Position numbers and translations under genes: made by a program. This document shows, in pieces, positions 6,744-16,539 of a stretch of 64,000 nt of DNA. Source of the DNA: Eubacteriales bacterium (GTDB lineage Bacteria; Bacillota; Clostridia; Oscillospirales; CAG-272); assembly GCA_045577415.1 (NCBI GenBank), contig JAZNII010000052.1, forward strand, positions 992 through 64,991, written 5' to 3'. Numbering within the stretch: the first letter of the stretch is position 1; every line of letters begins with the position of its first letter. The notes under the pieces are model-generated. The model was not told where the DNA came from and did no database searches. It saw only the letters and a list, made by a program, of their open reading frames with translations.

Positions 6744-9089
6744 ATGACAGACGCGGATCGCATTTTTGAACGCTTTCCCGACTTTATAAGGGAATATATA
6801 TACTCCCATTCATGGGAGTCTCTGCGCGCCGTTCAGTTGGCGGCGGCAAAGACTATATTTGACACTGACAATAATCTGCTTCTGACCTCCTCCACCGCAA
6901 GCGGAAAGACCGAGGCGGCGTTCTTCCCCATACTCTCGCTTCTCCACGAGGACAAGCCGTCAAGCATCGGCGTGCTTTATATCGCGCCCCTTAAAAGCCT
7001 TATCAACGACCAATTTGAGCGACTTGAGGAGGTTCTTGATATGACGGGCGTTAAGGTCACCCACTGGCACGGTGATGTTGCGGCATCCCACAAGCGAAAG
7101 CTACTTGAAAAGCCCGAGGGAATTTTGCAGATAACGCCCGAGTCCCTTGAAGCGATGCTGATCAATCGCTCAAATGACATTCCAAGGCTTTTCGGAGACC
7201 TTCGGTTCGTTGTCATCGACGAGATACACACCTTGACAGGTACCGACCGAGGGAATCAGATAATCTGTCAGCTCTCGCGAATTGCTCACCTCATCGGTTT
7301 CCACCCGCGCCGTATTGCGCTTTCAGCTACCATAGGCGACCCGTCTCTTGCCGCCGAATGGCTGAACGCTGACACGGTCAGAGATATTGACGTTCCCTCC
7401 TTTGCCGAGGAAAAGATAAAATGGAGACTTGGACTTGAGCATTTCTATATCCAAAATCCCGAGCTTGAAAAGCAGAAAAAGGAGCAGGAAAAGGCAAAGA
7501 TAGCTGACAAGCTTTCCTCAAACGAGGTGGTTTTCGCCGAAAAGGTCGAGGACGCCTCCAATGGTGAAGGCTATAACGAAAAAAATGATGCTTATGATAG
7601 GATTGGCGGCACAAAGCCCTATTACATCGATCCGGGTTACGAATACGCGTATGATTGCGTCAAGGATAAAAAATCCTTGGTTTTCTCCAACTCACGTGAG
7701 GAGACCGAATATGTCTGCGCCACGCTCCGTCAGATAGCGAAGCTGCGCGGCGATGAGGACAGCCACATTCTCATTCACCACGGCAATCTTTCGGCGTCTC
7801 TCCGCGAGGAAGCCGAGATGAAGATGCGTGACGACGAGGAGTTTGCCGTCACCTGCGCCACCGTCACTATGGAGCTTGGCATCGATATTGGTCAGCTTGA
7901 GAGAGTTATGCAGATCGAAGCTCCAAACAGTGTTTCAAGCTTTTTGCAACGCTTGGGCAGATCGGGCAGACGAAGTCAGACACCCGAGATGATGATGGTC
8001 TTCCGTGAGGAGGAGGCGCTTCCAAACACCCCGCTTCCCCAGCTTATTCCGTGGGAACTTCTGCGAGGAATTGCCATTATTCAGCTCTACATTGAGGAAC
8101 GCTTCATTGAGCCGCCCTCACGCAAAAAAATGCCCTTTAGTCTGCTGTTCCACCAAACTCTTTCGATGCTTGCGTCCTGCGGCGAGCTTACCCCTGCAAG
8201 GCTTGCACAGAGAGTTCTTTCCCTGCCTCCTTTTCAGTTTGTCAGCCGCGAAGATTACAAGGCTCTGATCGTTTCGATGCTCAATAATGAATTTATTGAA
8301 ATGACCGAGGAAAAGGGTCTTATCGTGGGACTTGTGGGTGAAAGACTTCTCAAAAGCTTCAAATTTTACGCGGTATTCAAGGATAGTGAAGATTTCACGG
8401 TGCGTTGCGGCTCGGACGAGATTGGAACTATCACTACCCCTCCCCCCGTTGGCGACCGCTTCGCTTTGGCGGGTCGTGTCTGGGAGGTTGAGGAACTTGA
8501 CGTCACAAGAAAGCTTATTTACGTCAAAAAGGTTGACGGAAAAATGGAGGTGTCGTGGCCGGGTGACTTTGGCGAGATACACACCAAAATTTTGCGCCGT
8601 ATGAAGCAGATACTTGAGGAGGACACAGTTTATCCCTATCTCAAGGAAAACGCCGTAAAACGCTTAAATCAAGCTCGTGCGACGGCGAGAAACACAGGCA
8701 TGCTTGACCACTCTCTCGTTCACCTCGGCGGTTACTCATGGTGTCTCTTTCCTTGGCTCGGAACTCGCTCATTCCGCACTCTCCGCAAGTATATAAAGAA
8801 AAACGCCGCGGCAAACGGCATCAGCGGCATAGAGTTTGAGGGATGCTATTACATCACCTTCAAGCTGGAAAAGGTGTCCGATATTCAGTTTATTTCACGC
8901 TTGCTTGACGGAATTGAGCGCGAGGGCATTGTCTGCGAGGCTCTTGTTGAAAACAGCGAGATCCCCGTATTTGAAAAATATGACAACTATATTCCCCACG
9001 ACCTGCTCCGCAAGGCTTACGCCGCAGATAAGCTCCGCGCAGACGAGGCCGAGGAACAGATAAGAGCGGTATTTGAAGAATTTGAATAA
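6744..9089 (+). CDS. sngC: Lhr-like DEAD/DEAH-box SF2 helicase with a long C-terminal extension (Shango SngC-like)
   Basis: Helicase motifs are present: I TASGKTEAAF, II VVIDEIH, III SAT, VI QRLGRSGRR. An AAGGAGGA RBS precedes the start. The gap from the ATPase gene is 20 nt. Confidence 0.75.
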   Translation: MTDADRIFERFPDFIREYIYSHSWESLRAVQLAAAKTIFDTDNNLLLTSSTASGKTEAAFFPILSLLHEDKPSSIGVLYIAPLKSLINDQFERLEEVLDMTGVKVTHWHGDVAASHKRKLLEKPEGILQITPESLEAMLINRSNDIPRLFGDLRFVVIDEIHTLTGTDRGNQIICQLSRIAHLIGFHPRRIALSATIGDPSLAAEWLNADTVRDIDVPSFAEEKIKWRLGLEHFYIQNPELEKQKKEQEKAKIADKLSSNEVVFAEKVEDASNGEGYNEKNDAYDRIGGTKPYYIDPGYEYAYDCVKDKKSLVFSNSREETEYVCATLRQIAKLRGDEDSHILIHHGNLSASLREEAEMKMRDDEEFAVTCATVTMELGIDIGQLERVMQIEAPNSVSSFLQRLGRSGRRSQTPEMMMVFREEEALPNTPLPQLIPWELLRGIAIIQLYIEERFIEPPSRKKMPFSLLFHQTLSMLASCGELTPARLAQRVLSLPPFQFVSREDYKALIVSMLNNEFIEMTEEKGLIVGLVGERLLKSFKFYAVFKDSEDFTVRCGSDEIGTITTPPPVGDRFALAGRVWEVEELDVTRKLIYVKKVDGKMEVSWPGDFGEIHTKILRRMKQILEEDTVYPYLKENAVKRLNQARATARNTGMLDHSLVHLGGYSWCLFPWLGTRSFRTLRKYIKKNAAANGISGIEFEGCYYITFKLEKVSDIQFISRLLDGIEREGIVCEALVENSEIPVFEKYDNYIPHDLLRKAYAADKLRADEAEEQIRAVFEEFE

Positions 9090-9090
9090 T

Positions 9091-9130
9091 AAAAAATCCG
9101 AATGAGCTTAAAAACTCATTCGGATTTTTT
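9091..9130. terminator. bidirectional intrinsic terminator
   Basis: TCCGAATGAG / CTCATTCGGA forms a 10-bp stem flanked by an A6 run and a T6 run. It lies between the convergent helicase and lipoprotein genes. Confidence 0.8.
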
Positions 9131-9150
9131 GTTTTAGAAGGCACTGCAAC

Positions 9151-11154
9151 CTAATTTATATCGTTCGGATGTATGCTTAAATTGATCTTAGTGTTATCTA
9201 TTATAATCGTTACCCAATAGGTGTAATTATAGAATCCAGCAAATGTAAATTCTATGTTTGTTTCTTCACCGCTAACCAATTCTATCTTTTTCGACTCAAA
9301 ACTGCCAAGATTATCATCACTTTGATAGCTTTCAAGGCAGACATTTACCGTTTTAGTTTGTGCCGATAAAATCCGCAATGTAATTTTATTGTTTTTTGAG
9401 TGGTGCACATTTTCAATACTTATATTTTCTATTGCCACACATTCTACCGATGAGTAATTTTTATACACCTGCTGTAAAGTAACAGTGCCATTTTCATAAG
9501 ATCCGGACCAGTAATCATATGGATGATGATACCATGCATTAACCAAGAGTTCTTTCAAAGTGTCGGTCATTTGCAGTTCTTGCCCCTCGCCCAAATGTGT
9601 TTGCACTTTGCAGATTTCTGTCATTTCGGGATTCAAGCGAAACACCCCAACTCTTCCACATTCAATCCAAACTGTGCCTCTTGCAATAGGCAATTCTTCA
9701 GAAAACTCATTTACTACATCATCGGAAATTCCTGGAATAATATAGCCGGTTCCCTGCAATTCGGAAAGGCAATCAATAATAGCATATCCCAAATCACAAT
9801 TATATACTTCTTTTTTTAAGACACCATATCCATCCCAATTATATTGGATCATCTTGAACCCTGCATCATAGCCAGATTCACAATCATTGTCGGGGTCAGT
9901 ATACGTTCCTTCAATCAACTCGTCAAGATTTTTGCCTACAAGATAATAATATCCGCTTTCACCGTTGATGTAAAAAATGCTATGGTCTATAAACATCAAG
10001 GCGCCAAATTCGGTTTCAACAATATGAGTAGGTACAGGCTCGTTCTCGCCAAAATCAATTTCCACTTCGCCAAATTCTATCTCATCCATTGGTATTTCAC
10101 ACAACCAAAGAGGTTCAACCGCAAGATTGCTACCATCTAAAAGCTGTCCTACCGTACCTTTTCCAGTATAGGTTACAAATCCGTAACAGCCAATGAAATC
10201 GGTGCCATAGCTAAACTTGGGAATATAAAGCAGATCAAACCAAGCTCCGTTTGTATCGCGGTAGTTACCGTTATTTAAATGAAGCTCTTTGACTTCACCG
10301 TTTTTCAAAACAAAATCTACCGTTACGGCTCCTCCACCGTCGATTTCTCCGTATACATCTGCAATAGGTGCGGTGTCCATCCAATAATACTTTTCAAACA
10401 TATCCGCAATTACAGATTGATCAGTAGAGCTTGTAATGTTCTTTAATGCTCCGGGTGCAACGCCGACAGCCTCCTCCGTTATCTTGATTTCGGCTATATC
10501 ATCGGCAGTTATTTCATTCATCCACTCACAGCCTGCCTGATTGCGAAGGAAGTGATTTGTGGGTGTCGGCGGCTCGTGCATTGAATATCCGCAAACATCA
10601 CATAACAGATCTGCATCATAATTGATATGCTCCTCCGAATCATCGGTAGAAAGACAACCGCAAGTATAGCATATTTGATGTGTGTCCTCGTTACAAATAT
10701 AAACGTATGTATGCTCGTGGTGCTGCTTGAGCGCTTCCTCAGTGAAGGCGATAATGATTTCACCCTTTACGGGGCTGTCGGATTCAAAGGTGATAGTGAT
10801 TTTATCGCCCTCGACATAACCGCCCGAACCGTTAATAGGCATTTCGTCATCTGCCGTAAAATTACCCAGAGGTTGAAATACATTAATAACACTGTGCTTG
10901 TAGCTAACACTCAAGGCTCCTGCTTCAAGGTTTACTTGATAATAGATTGCACCCTCACCAAGATCTGTGCGGTCTAACTCAAATGAAGTCGTAGTTCGTG
11001 AGGGAAAATCATCAAATGTGAAAACCGCGCAGTTTTCATATTCTTGGCAAGTCACATTTTTGTCTTTTGCAAATAAGCCTTGTAACATTTCACAGGCAGT
11101 AAGACAAGTAAGCATTAAAGCTACTGTCAAAATACAAACTAATATTTTTTTCAT
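9151..11154 (-). CDS. large secreted lipoprotein of unknown function
   Basis: The start is probably the ATG at 11154 (GGAGG RBS), giving signal peptide MKKILVCILTVALMLTCLTAC with lipobox LTAC. It contains a His/Cys-rich segment HEHTYVYICNEDTHQICYTCGC..CDVCGY. I recognise no family. Confidence 0.6.
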   Translation of the reverse strand: MKKILVCILTVALMLTCLTACEMLQGLFAKDKNVTCQEYENCAVFTFDDFPSRTTTSFELDRTDLGEGAIYYQVNLEAGALSVSYKHSVINVFQPLGNFTADDEMPINGSGGYVEGDKITITFESDSPVKGEIIIAFTEEALKQHHEHTYVYICNEDTHQICYTCGCLSTDDSEEHINYDADLLCDVCGYSMHEPPTPTNHFLRNQAGCEWMNEITADDIAEIKITEEAVGVAPGALKNITSSTDQSVIADMFEKYYWMDTAPIADVYGEIDGGGAVTVDFVLKNGEVKELHLNNGNYRDTNGAWFDLLYIPKFSYGTDFIGCYGFVTYTGKGTVGQLLDGSNLAVEPLWLCEIPMDEIEFGEVEIDFGENEPVPTHIVETEFGALMFIDHSIFYINGESGYYYLVGKNLDELIEGTYTDPDNDCESGYDAGFKMIQYNWDGYGVLKKEVYNCDLGYAIIDCLSELQGTGYIIPGISDDVVNEFSEELPIARGTVWIECGRVGVFRLNPEMTEICKVQTHLGEGQELQMTDTLKELLVNAWYHHPYDYWSGSYENGTVTLQQVYKNYSSVECVAIENISIENVHHSKNNKITLRILSAQTKTVNVCLESYQSDDNLGSFESKKIELVSGEETNIEFTFAGFYNYTYWVTIIIDNTKINLSIHPNDIN

Positions 11155-11233
11155 TTGCTTTACCTCCATTATTCTAAGTCCTTCACCTTATAAGTCGATG
11201 TAAATTCAAAAAGGTTACAATTTCTATATAAAA

Positions 11234-11262
11234 ATTATACCATATTTTTTACAAATTGTAAA
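11234..11262 (-). promoter_or_regulatory. sigma-A promoter of the 667-aa lipoprotein gene
   Basis: On the minus strand TTTACA (11262-11257), a 17-nt spacer, then TGgTATAAT (-10 at 11239-11234). Confidence 0.55.
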
Positions 11263-11289
11263 TGCTTTAATAAAACAGTTCCTATATAC

Positions 11290-11320
11290 AAAAACAGCAC
11301 CGCGATACGGTGCTGTTTTT
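11290..11320. terminator. intrinsic terminator downstream of rny
   Basis: CAGCACCG / CGGTGCTG forms an 8-bp stem flanked by A and T runs. Confidence 0.7.
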
Positions 11321-11452
11321 GTGGGTTATCAAATATATTATCTATCCGGCTTCGCCGTGGTAATTAGCCTCTGTGTTCTATGTTAAATATATGTGAATCC
11401 TTAACTGTAACTAAGGAACAAAGATTACAGAATTTTCTGTATATTTGACTTT

Positions 11453-13006
11453 TTACTTCGCGTAGTCGACTGCGCGGCTTTCGCGAATAAGGTTGATCTT
11501 GATCTGTCCGGGGTATTTGACCTCTGCCTGGATCTTCGCCGCCATATCGCGTGCGATGACCTTCATGCCTGCGTCGTTGACCTCCTCGGGCTTGACCATA
11601 ACTCTGATCTCACGTCCTGCCTGGATTGCAAACGCTTTATCGATTCCGTCAAAGCTCTTTGCGATCTCCTCAAGCTTTTCAAGACGCTTGATGTAATTTT
11701 CCATATCCTCGCGGCGCGCTCCGGGTCTTGCGGCGCTGATAGCGTCGGCTGCCTGAACGAGTACTGCGATGATAGTCTTGGGTTCAACATCGTTGTGGTG
11801 CGCTTCGATAGCGTGGACGACCTCGCGGCTTTCCTTATACTTCTTAACTGCGTTAACACCGATCTCAACGTGTGAGCCTTCAACGTCGTGGGGGAACGCC
11901 TTACCGATATCGTGGAGCAGACCTGCGCGCTTTGCCAAAGTGGAGTCTACGCCAAGCTCGTCTGCCATGATTCCTGCAAGGAACGCAACCTCAATAGAAT
12001 GTTTGAGAACATTCTGACCGTAGCTGGTTCTGTACTTAAGTCTACCGAGCAATCTTACAAGCTCGGGGTTGATTCCGTGGATGCCGACCTCAAAGGTAGC
12101 TCGCTCACCCGCCTGCTTGACGGATATGTCAACCTCTTTTTGTGCCTTCTCCACCATTTCTTCGATTCTTGCGGGATGGATTCGTCCGTCGGAGATAAGT
12201 CTCTCAAGAGCAATTCTCGCAACCTCTCGTCTCACGGGGTCAAATCCCGACAAGGTTATCGTCTCAGGGGTATCGTCAATAATAAGTTCTACACCCGTGA
12301 GCGTTTCGATCTTCTGGATGTTACGACCCTCACGACCGATAATTCTACCCTTCATTTCCTCGCTGGGCAGAGCCACGCTGGAAACGGTAGCCTCGGATAC
12401 GTGGTCGGATGCGTATCTCTGAATTGCCAAAGACAGAATGTTTTTCGCTTTGTCGTCTGCTTCTTCCTTGAACTGTGTTTCAAGCTCGTCAAGTCTTTGA
12501 GCAAGCTCGTGCTTGACCTCGGACTCAACTCTTTCAATAAGCTCTTCCTTAGCTCTCTCGGATGAGTAACCAGAAATTTCCTCGAGCTTCTTGACCTGCT
12601 CGCCGATGATCTCGTCCTCTTTTTCCTGAAGTGTCTCGTAATCCTTGATCTTTTTATCAAGAATTTCATTCTTCTTTTCAAGAGCCTCGGACTTTTTGTC
12701 AAGAGTTTCCTCTTTCTTGGTCAAACGGTTTTCGGTACGTATGATCTCGTTTCTTCGTTCCTTGATCTCACGGTCAAGCTCATTTCTCTGAGCCATGATC
12801 GTTTCTTTAGCCTCAAGCAGGGACTCCTTCTTTGCGGACTCGGCATTTTTCTTTGCCTCGCTAACTATCTTGGCAGCCTCTGCCTCTGCAGAGCCTATCT
12901 TTGCTTCACCGATCTTCTTTCTGATGACAAAGCCGATAAGAAATCCAAGAGCAATACCGACAATGGCGCACACAACGCTTATAAGTATCGCAATTTCAAT
13001 TGGCAT
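11453..13006 (-). CDS. rny: ribonuclease Y
   Basis: It has an N-terminal TM helix, a coiled-coil, a KH domain and an HD domain (GLLHDIGKA). The start is set at ATG 13006 with an AGGAGG RBS, so the ORF-track N-extension is rejected. Confidence 0.93.
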   Translation of the reverse strand: MPIEIAILISVVCAIVGIALGFLIGFVIRKKIGEAKIGSAEAEAAKIVSEAKKNAESAKKESLLEAKETIMAQRNELDREIKERRNEIIRTENRLTKKEETLDKKSEALEKKNEILDKKIKDYETLQEKEDEIIGEQVKKLEEISGYSSERAKEELIERVESEVKHELAQRLDELETQFKEEADDKAKNILSLAIQRYASDHVSEATVSSVALPSEEMKGRIIGREGRNIQKIETLTGVELIIDDTPETITLSGFDPVRREVARIALERLISDGRIHPARIEEMVEKAQKEVDISVKQAGERATFEVGIHGINPELVRLLGRLKYRTSYGQNVLKHSIEVAFLAGIMADELGVDSTLAKRAGLLHDIGKAFPHDVEGSHVEIGVNAVKKYKESREVVHAIEAHHNDVEPKTIIAVLVQAADAISAARPGARREDMENYIKRLEKLEEIAKSFDGIDKAFAIQAGREIRVMVKPEEVNDAGMKVIARDMAAKIQAEVKYPGQIKINLIRESRAVDYAK

Positions 13007-13244
13007 TTTCCCTTTACACCTCCTTTTTCTTTCGTTTTGTTTTTCTTTTTCAAAGCAAATAGGTATATCGCGCAAGCCTGTCGCTTTGAGGACGGGTCGC
13101 GCATTTATTGAAAGCGGTTTTTGTCTTAAATAAAACAATTTTACCGACTCAATCAAACAATAATTATTAAAACCGAAAAATTAGAAAATATTACCGCATT
13201 TTAATAATTTATTATACACCTTATTATATTATAAATAAAATAAA

Positions 13245-13286
13245 GCGTTTTGTCAATAGTTTTTTGCAACACCATTGACAAAACGC
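13245..13286 (-). terminator. intrinsic terminator after pmbA
   Basis: GCGTTTTGTCAAT / ATTGACAAAACGC forms a 13-bp stem followed on the minus strand by a T-rich tract. Confidence 0.7.
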
Positions 13287-13333
13287 AAAAAAATTCAAAA
13301 AAAATTCACATAATAGGCAAATATCACGCGGAA

Positions 13334-14662
13334 TTATTTACCTGCTACACTCATTCCCTTTACAAGCACGTCGGGAGAGCCGAACACTACGAATCCCGTA
13401 GGAATTCCCCACTTGACCTCATTTCCGAGAGAGTCAATGTCGTTAAGCATCGAGAAGAAATTACCCGCGATAGTAAAGGACTTGATAGGACCTGCCTTTT
13501 GGCCGTCCTTTATAAGGAAGCCCTCGCTCTCGACGGAAAAGTCGCCCGTAATAGCGTTAGCGCCTGCGTGAAGTCCCTTAACTCCCGTTACGTAGATGCC
13601 GTCCTGGACCTTAGCGAAAAGCTCGTCCTGAGATTCACTTCCCGCGCAGATGCCGAAGTTATAGGGTGCGATATTGCCGCCGCGGCGACCGTTACCTGTG
13701 GTCTGCTTGCCGGTTTTGTGGGCAGTAGTCAGATCGTAAAGCATGGTTTTGAGAACGCCGTTCTCAACTACGGTCTTTTTATAGGTAGCAACACCCTCGT
13801 CGTCGAAGGGGGTCTGAATGGGACAGCCCTCTCTCATGGGATCGTCGGTGATGGTGACAATGTCAGAGGCGATCTTCTCACCCTCCTTACCCGCGAGACG
13901 CGACATACCGAGAAGCGCATTCTTTGCGGAGAACGCAGACGAGAAAGCAGACAGAAGCGAGCGCATCTGTGTTCCGTCGATAACCACGTCGTATTTGCCC
14001 GTGGGGATTTCCGAGGCACCGATCTTGTCAAGAGCACCCTGAACCGCCTTTGCAGGAAGGTTCTTTGCGTCCTCGCTATTAATGTTCTCTGCAAACTCAA
14101 AATTATCTCTTGCCTCTCCGTCCTTATTTACGACAGCGGCAACGTAGCATCCCGACATACCAACGCGGTTTGAAAGCTCAAGACCGTGGGAGTTGTAGAG
14201 ATATATCTCGTTTCTAAAGGAGATAGCCACTGACTGCGTTCCGTCAACGACAGAGCTGTCGGTCGCATAGGTAGCTCTCTGAAGCTCAAGAGCCTTGTTT
14301 TTAAGCTCACCTGCGTCAACAACAACAGGGTCGGGAGCGGTAGTCTTTGCGTAGGACTCGGAACCCTTGAAAATAAACACAACATCGTCGTTTTCAATAG
14401 CACCTGCGTTCTCCTTTGCGCGAACTACAAGGTCTTCAAGCTCGTCAGCGGCAAAATAGCTGCTGGAGGCGTAGCCCATGTGACCGTCAACGAGGCAACG
14501 GAAGTATACCTTTGCGCTCTCGCCGGAGCTGAACGCGCTGACCTCGTCTTTGAGGGTCTCGGCGCTGATGTCCTCGCCTACTGTGTAGTAGATCTCATAT
14601 TCCGCAACGCCGAATTTCTCGCAAGCGGCGGAAATTATATTTTTAATTTCTGTAAAATTCAT
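13334..14662 (-). CDS. pmbA: PmbA/TldE family metalloprotease partner
   Basis: A 442-aa TldD/PmbA-fold protein that lacks the HExxxH motif, immediately downstream of tldD. Confidence 0.85.
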   Translation of the reverse strand: MNFTEIKNIISAACEKFGVAEYEIYYTVGEDISAETLKDEVSAFSSGESAKVYFRCLVDGHMGYASSSYFAADELEDLVVRAKENAGAIENDDVVFIFKGSESYAKTTAPDPVVVDAGELKNKALELQRATYATDSSVVDGTQSVAISFRNEIYLYNSHGLELSNRVGMSGCYVAAVVNKDGEARDNFEFAENINSEDAKNLPAKAVQGALDKIGASEIPTGKYDVVIDGTQMRSLLSAFSSAFSAKNALLGMSRLAGKEGEKIASDIVTITDDPMREGCPIQTPFDDEGVATYKKTVVENGVLKTMLYDLTTAHKTGKQTTGNGRRGGNIAPYNFGICAGSESQDELFAKVQDGIYVTGVKGLHAGANAITGDFSVESEGFLIKDGQKAGPIKSFTIAGNFFSMLNDIDSLGNEVKWGIPTGFVVFGSPDVLVKGMSVAGK

Positions 14663-14663
14663 T

Positions 14664-16049
14664 TTAGCGACCTCCTACTGTGATCTTGGAAACGCGGATA
14701 AGGGGCTGACCTACGTCGGTAGGAACGCTTCCGCTGGAGGAACCGCACATACCCTGCGCGGTCTCAAGGTTCTGACCCACCATATCGATATCCATAAGGA
14801 TCTGTGATCCTGTTCCTACAAGAGACGCGCCGCGAACGGGTTCGCAGATCTCCCCGTTACGAACGATATATCCCTCGCTGACACCGAAGTTAAATTCGCC
14901 CGTCAAGGGGTTTACCGAACCGCCGCCCATGCTCTTGGCATAGAGACCGTATTCAATGGACTTGATGATGTCCTCGTTCTTGTCGGGACCGTTTGCGATA
15001 AAGGTATTGGTCATACGGGAGGTAGGCTCGTACATAAAGCTCTCGCGGCGACCGTTACCCGTCATAGCCATACCCATTCTGCGGGAACCGAGACGGTCGA
15101 TCATGTAGCTCTTGAGAATACCGTTCTCGATGAGAACGTTTCTCTGTGTGGGAGTTCCCTCGTCGTCGATGTTGACCGAACCCCAAGCGCCGGGGATGGT
15201 TCCATCGTCGATAGCGGTGACCTTTACGTTAGCTATCTGCTGACCCAGCTTGCCGCACATCTGGGAAGTACCCGTACCAACGCTGGTAGCCTCAAGGGAG
15301 TGACCGCAAGCCTCGTGGAAGATAACGCCGCCAAAGCCGTTTTCAATGGCAACGGTCATCTGTCCTGCGGGACAATAGTCTGCGCGGAGATTTACGAGCG
15401 CCTGATCAGCAGCCTGAATACCTACGCTCTTGGGATCGATGAAATCAAACATTTCAAGTCCCATTCCGCGTCCGGGAGATGCACTTCCTGACTGGTTATC
15501 CGAGCCATCTGCCGAGAGTGCTACCGCGCTTACCGCGATCCTCGTTCTTACGTGTCTGTCGCCTGTGTAAAGCCCCTCGCTGTTAGCAACGAGAATGGTG
15601 TGGTCTACCGATGCGAGACTTCCCATTACCTGCTTGATCTTCTCGTCTCTCTCGCGAGCGGCAAAGCAAGCGGATTTGAGAATATCGGTTCTTGTGGAAA
15701 GAGCCGTGCTTCCGGGAAGTATCTTTACGGGGTGGATGTTGGGGAAAATTCGCTCGGTCAGATTTATACTTACCTGAGCCTTGCTCTCACCAAGGGCATC
15801 GGCAACCGCCTTTGCGCAACGAAGCAGACCGCTTCTTGAAAAGTCGGTGGTGGTAGCGTATACCGTTCTTGTTCCGATAAACGCGCGAATACCTACTCCC
15901 GACACCATATCGTCACTTACAGTGTCGATCTTACCGTCGAGAAAACGTATGCCGTTGTTTCTCGTCTTTTCAGCGTAGACCTCTGCGAAGTCCGCGCCGG
16001 TCGACATAGCCGCGGCAAGAACGTCTTCAAGCAAAATTCTTGAAATCAT
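14664..16049 (-). CDS. tldD: TldD metalloprotease
   Basis: 461 aa with the HEACGH zinc motif and overall TldD similarity. Confidence 0.88.
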   Translation of the reverse strand: MISRILLEDVLAAAMSTGADFAEVYAEKTRNNGIRFLDGKIDTVSDDMVSGVGIRAFIGTRTVYATTTDFSRSGLLRCAKAVADALGESKAQVSINLTERIFPNIHPVKILPGSTALSTRTDILKSACFAARERDEKIKQVMGSLASVDHTILVANSEGLYTGDRHVRTRIAVSAVALSADGSDNQSGSASPGRGMGLEMFDFIDPKSVGIQAADQALVNLRADYCPAGQMTVAIENGFGGVIFHEACGHSLEATSVGTGTSQMCGKLGQQIANVKVTAIDDGTIPGAWGSVNIDDEGTPTQRNVLIENGILKSYMIDRLGSRRMGMAMTGNGRRESFMYEPTSRMTNTFIANGPDKNEDIIKSIEYGLYAKSMGGGSVNPLTGEFNFGVSEGYIVRNGEICEPVRGASLVGTGSQILMDIDMVGQNLETAQGMCGSSSGSVPTDVGQPLIRVSKITVGGR

Positions 16050-16075
16050 TTTTTCTCTCCTTTACTTATTTTCAA

Positions 16076-16525
16076 TCAATTATTTTCAATAGATACGTCA
16101 ATTAAATCTATCTTGTCATCAGCCTTACGCAGATAGTATTTTGCGGCGATCTTTTCATCCACAAAATTAAAGTCACAGCACTGCTTGCGCTTTCCGTTTC
16201 CTACCAAAAGTCTGAAATGCTCGTTGTCCTCCCACTCGCCGCAGAAAAGCTCGGAGCTGTCCTTTGCAAAAAGAACCAGCTTACAATCGTCATTTCCCGA
16301 TTCTACGCTTCCCTGCACTTTAATAAATGTAAGTCCCTTTGCAAATTTTGAAGAACCGTATGTCAGAGTAACTATGTTGTCGCCGTTTGGAGATGTAAAG
16401 CTGCACTCGTTAAGATCCGCTTTGATCTCCTTTACGATCTTGCGTACGGCAAGCACTCCCGCAACCGTAGCAGCGGCTCCAAGGGCAACACCCACGCAAA
16501 TTCCGATTACCGTTTGTTTTTTCAT
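16076..16525 (-). CDS. hypothetical membrane-anchored protein
   Basis: 149-aa ORF with an N-terminal TM helix (VIGICVGVALGAAATVAGVLAV). I recognise no family. Confidence 0.5.
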   Translation of the reverse strand: MKKQTVIGICVGVALGAAATVAGVLAVRKIVKEIKADLNECSFTSPNGDNIVTLTYGSSKFAKGLTFIKVQGSVESGNDDCKLVLFAKDSSELFCGEWEDNEHFRLLVGNGKRKQCCDFNFVDEKIAAKYYLRKADDKIDLIDVSIENN

Positions 16526-16539
16526 AATTATCCTCCAAA

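Noticed and set aside
11453-13156. N-terminally extended ORF-track models
   Set aside because: The affected genes are rny, tgt, folD, rpmF, yceD, tmcAL, glmM, upp, rbr, rpmB, the flavodiiron protein, the SDR and the 667-aa lipoprotein. In each case an internal ATG with a proper GGAGG-like RBS coincides with the conserved protein N-terminus. The upstream extension encodes non-conserved junk or overlaps promoter elements.
13250-14173. A 307-aa plus-strand ORF
   Set aside because: It is antisense to pmbA, with no RBS and a nonsense-like composition. The same reasoning applies to 30483-31424 (antisense to mrp) and 17548-18330 (antisense to tgt). It applies to 19335-20129 (antisense to mutL), 21844-22572 (antisense to mutS) and 43746-44369 (antisense to glmM). 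It also applies to 45198-45806, 53542-54159, 54897-55541 and 60682-61395.
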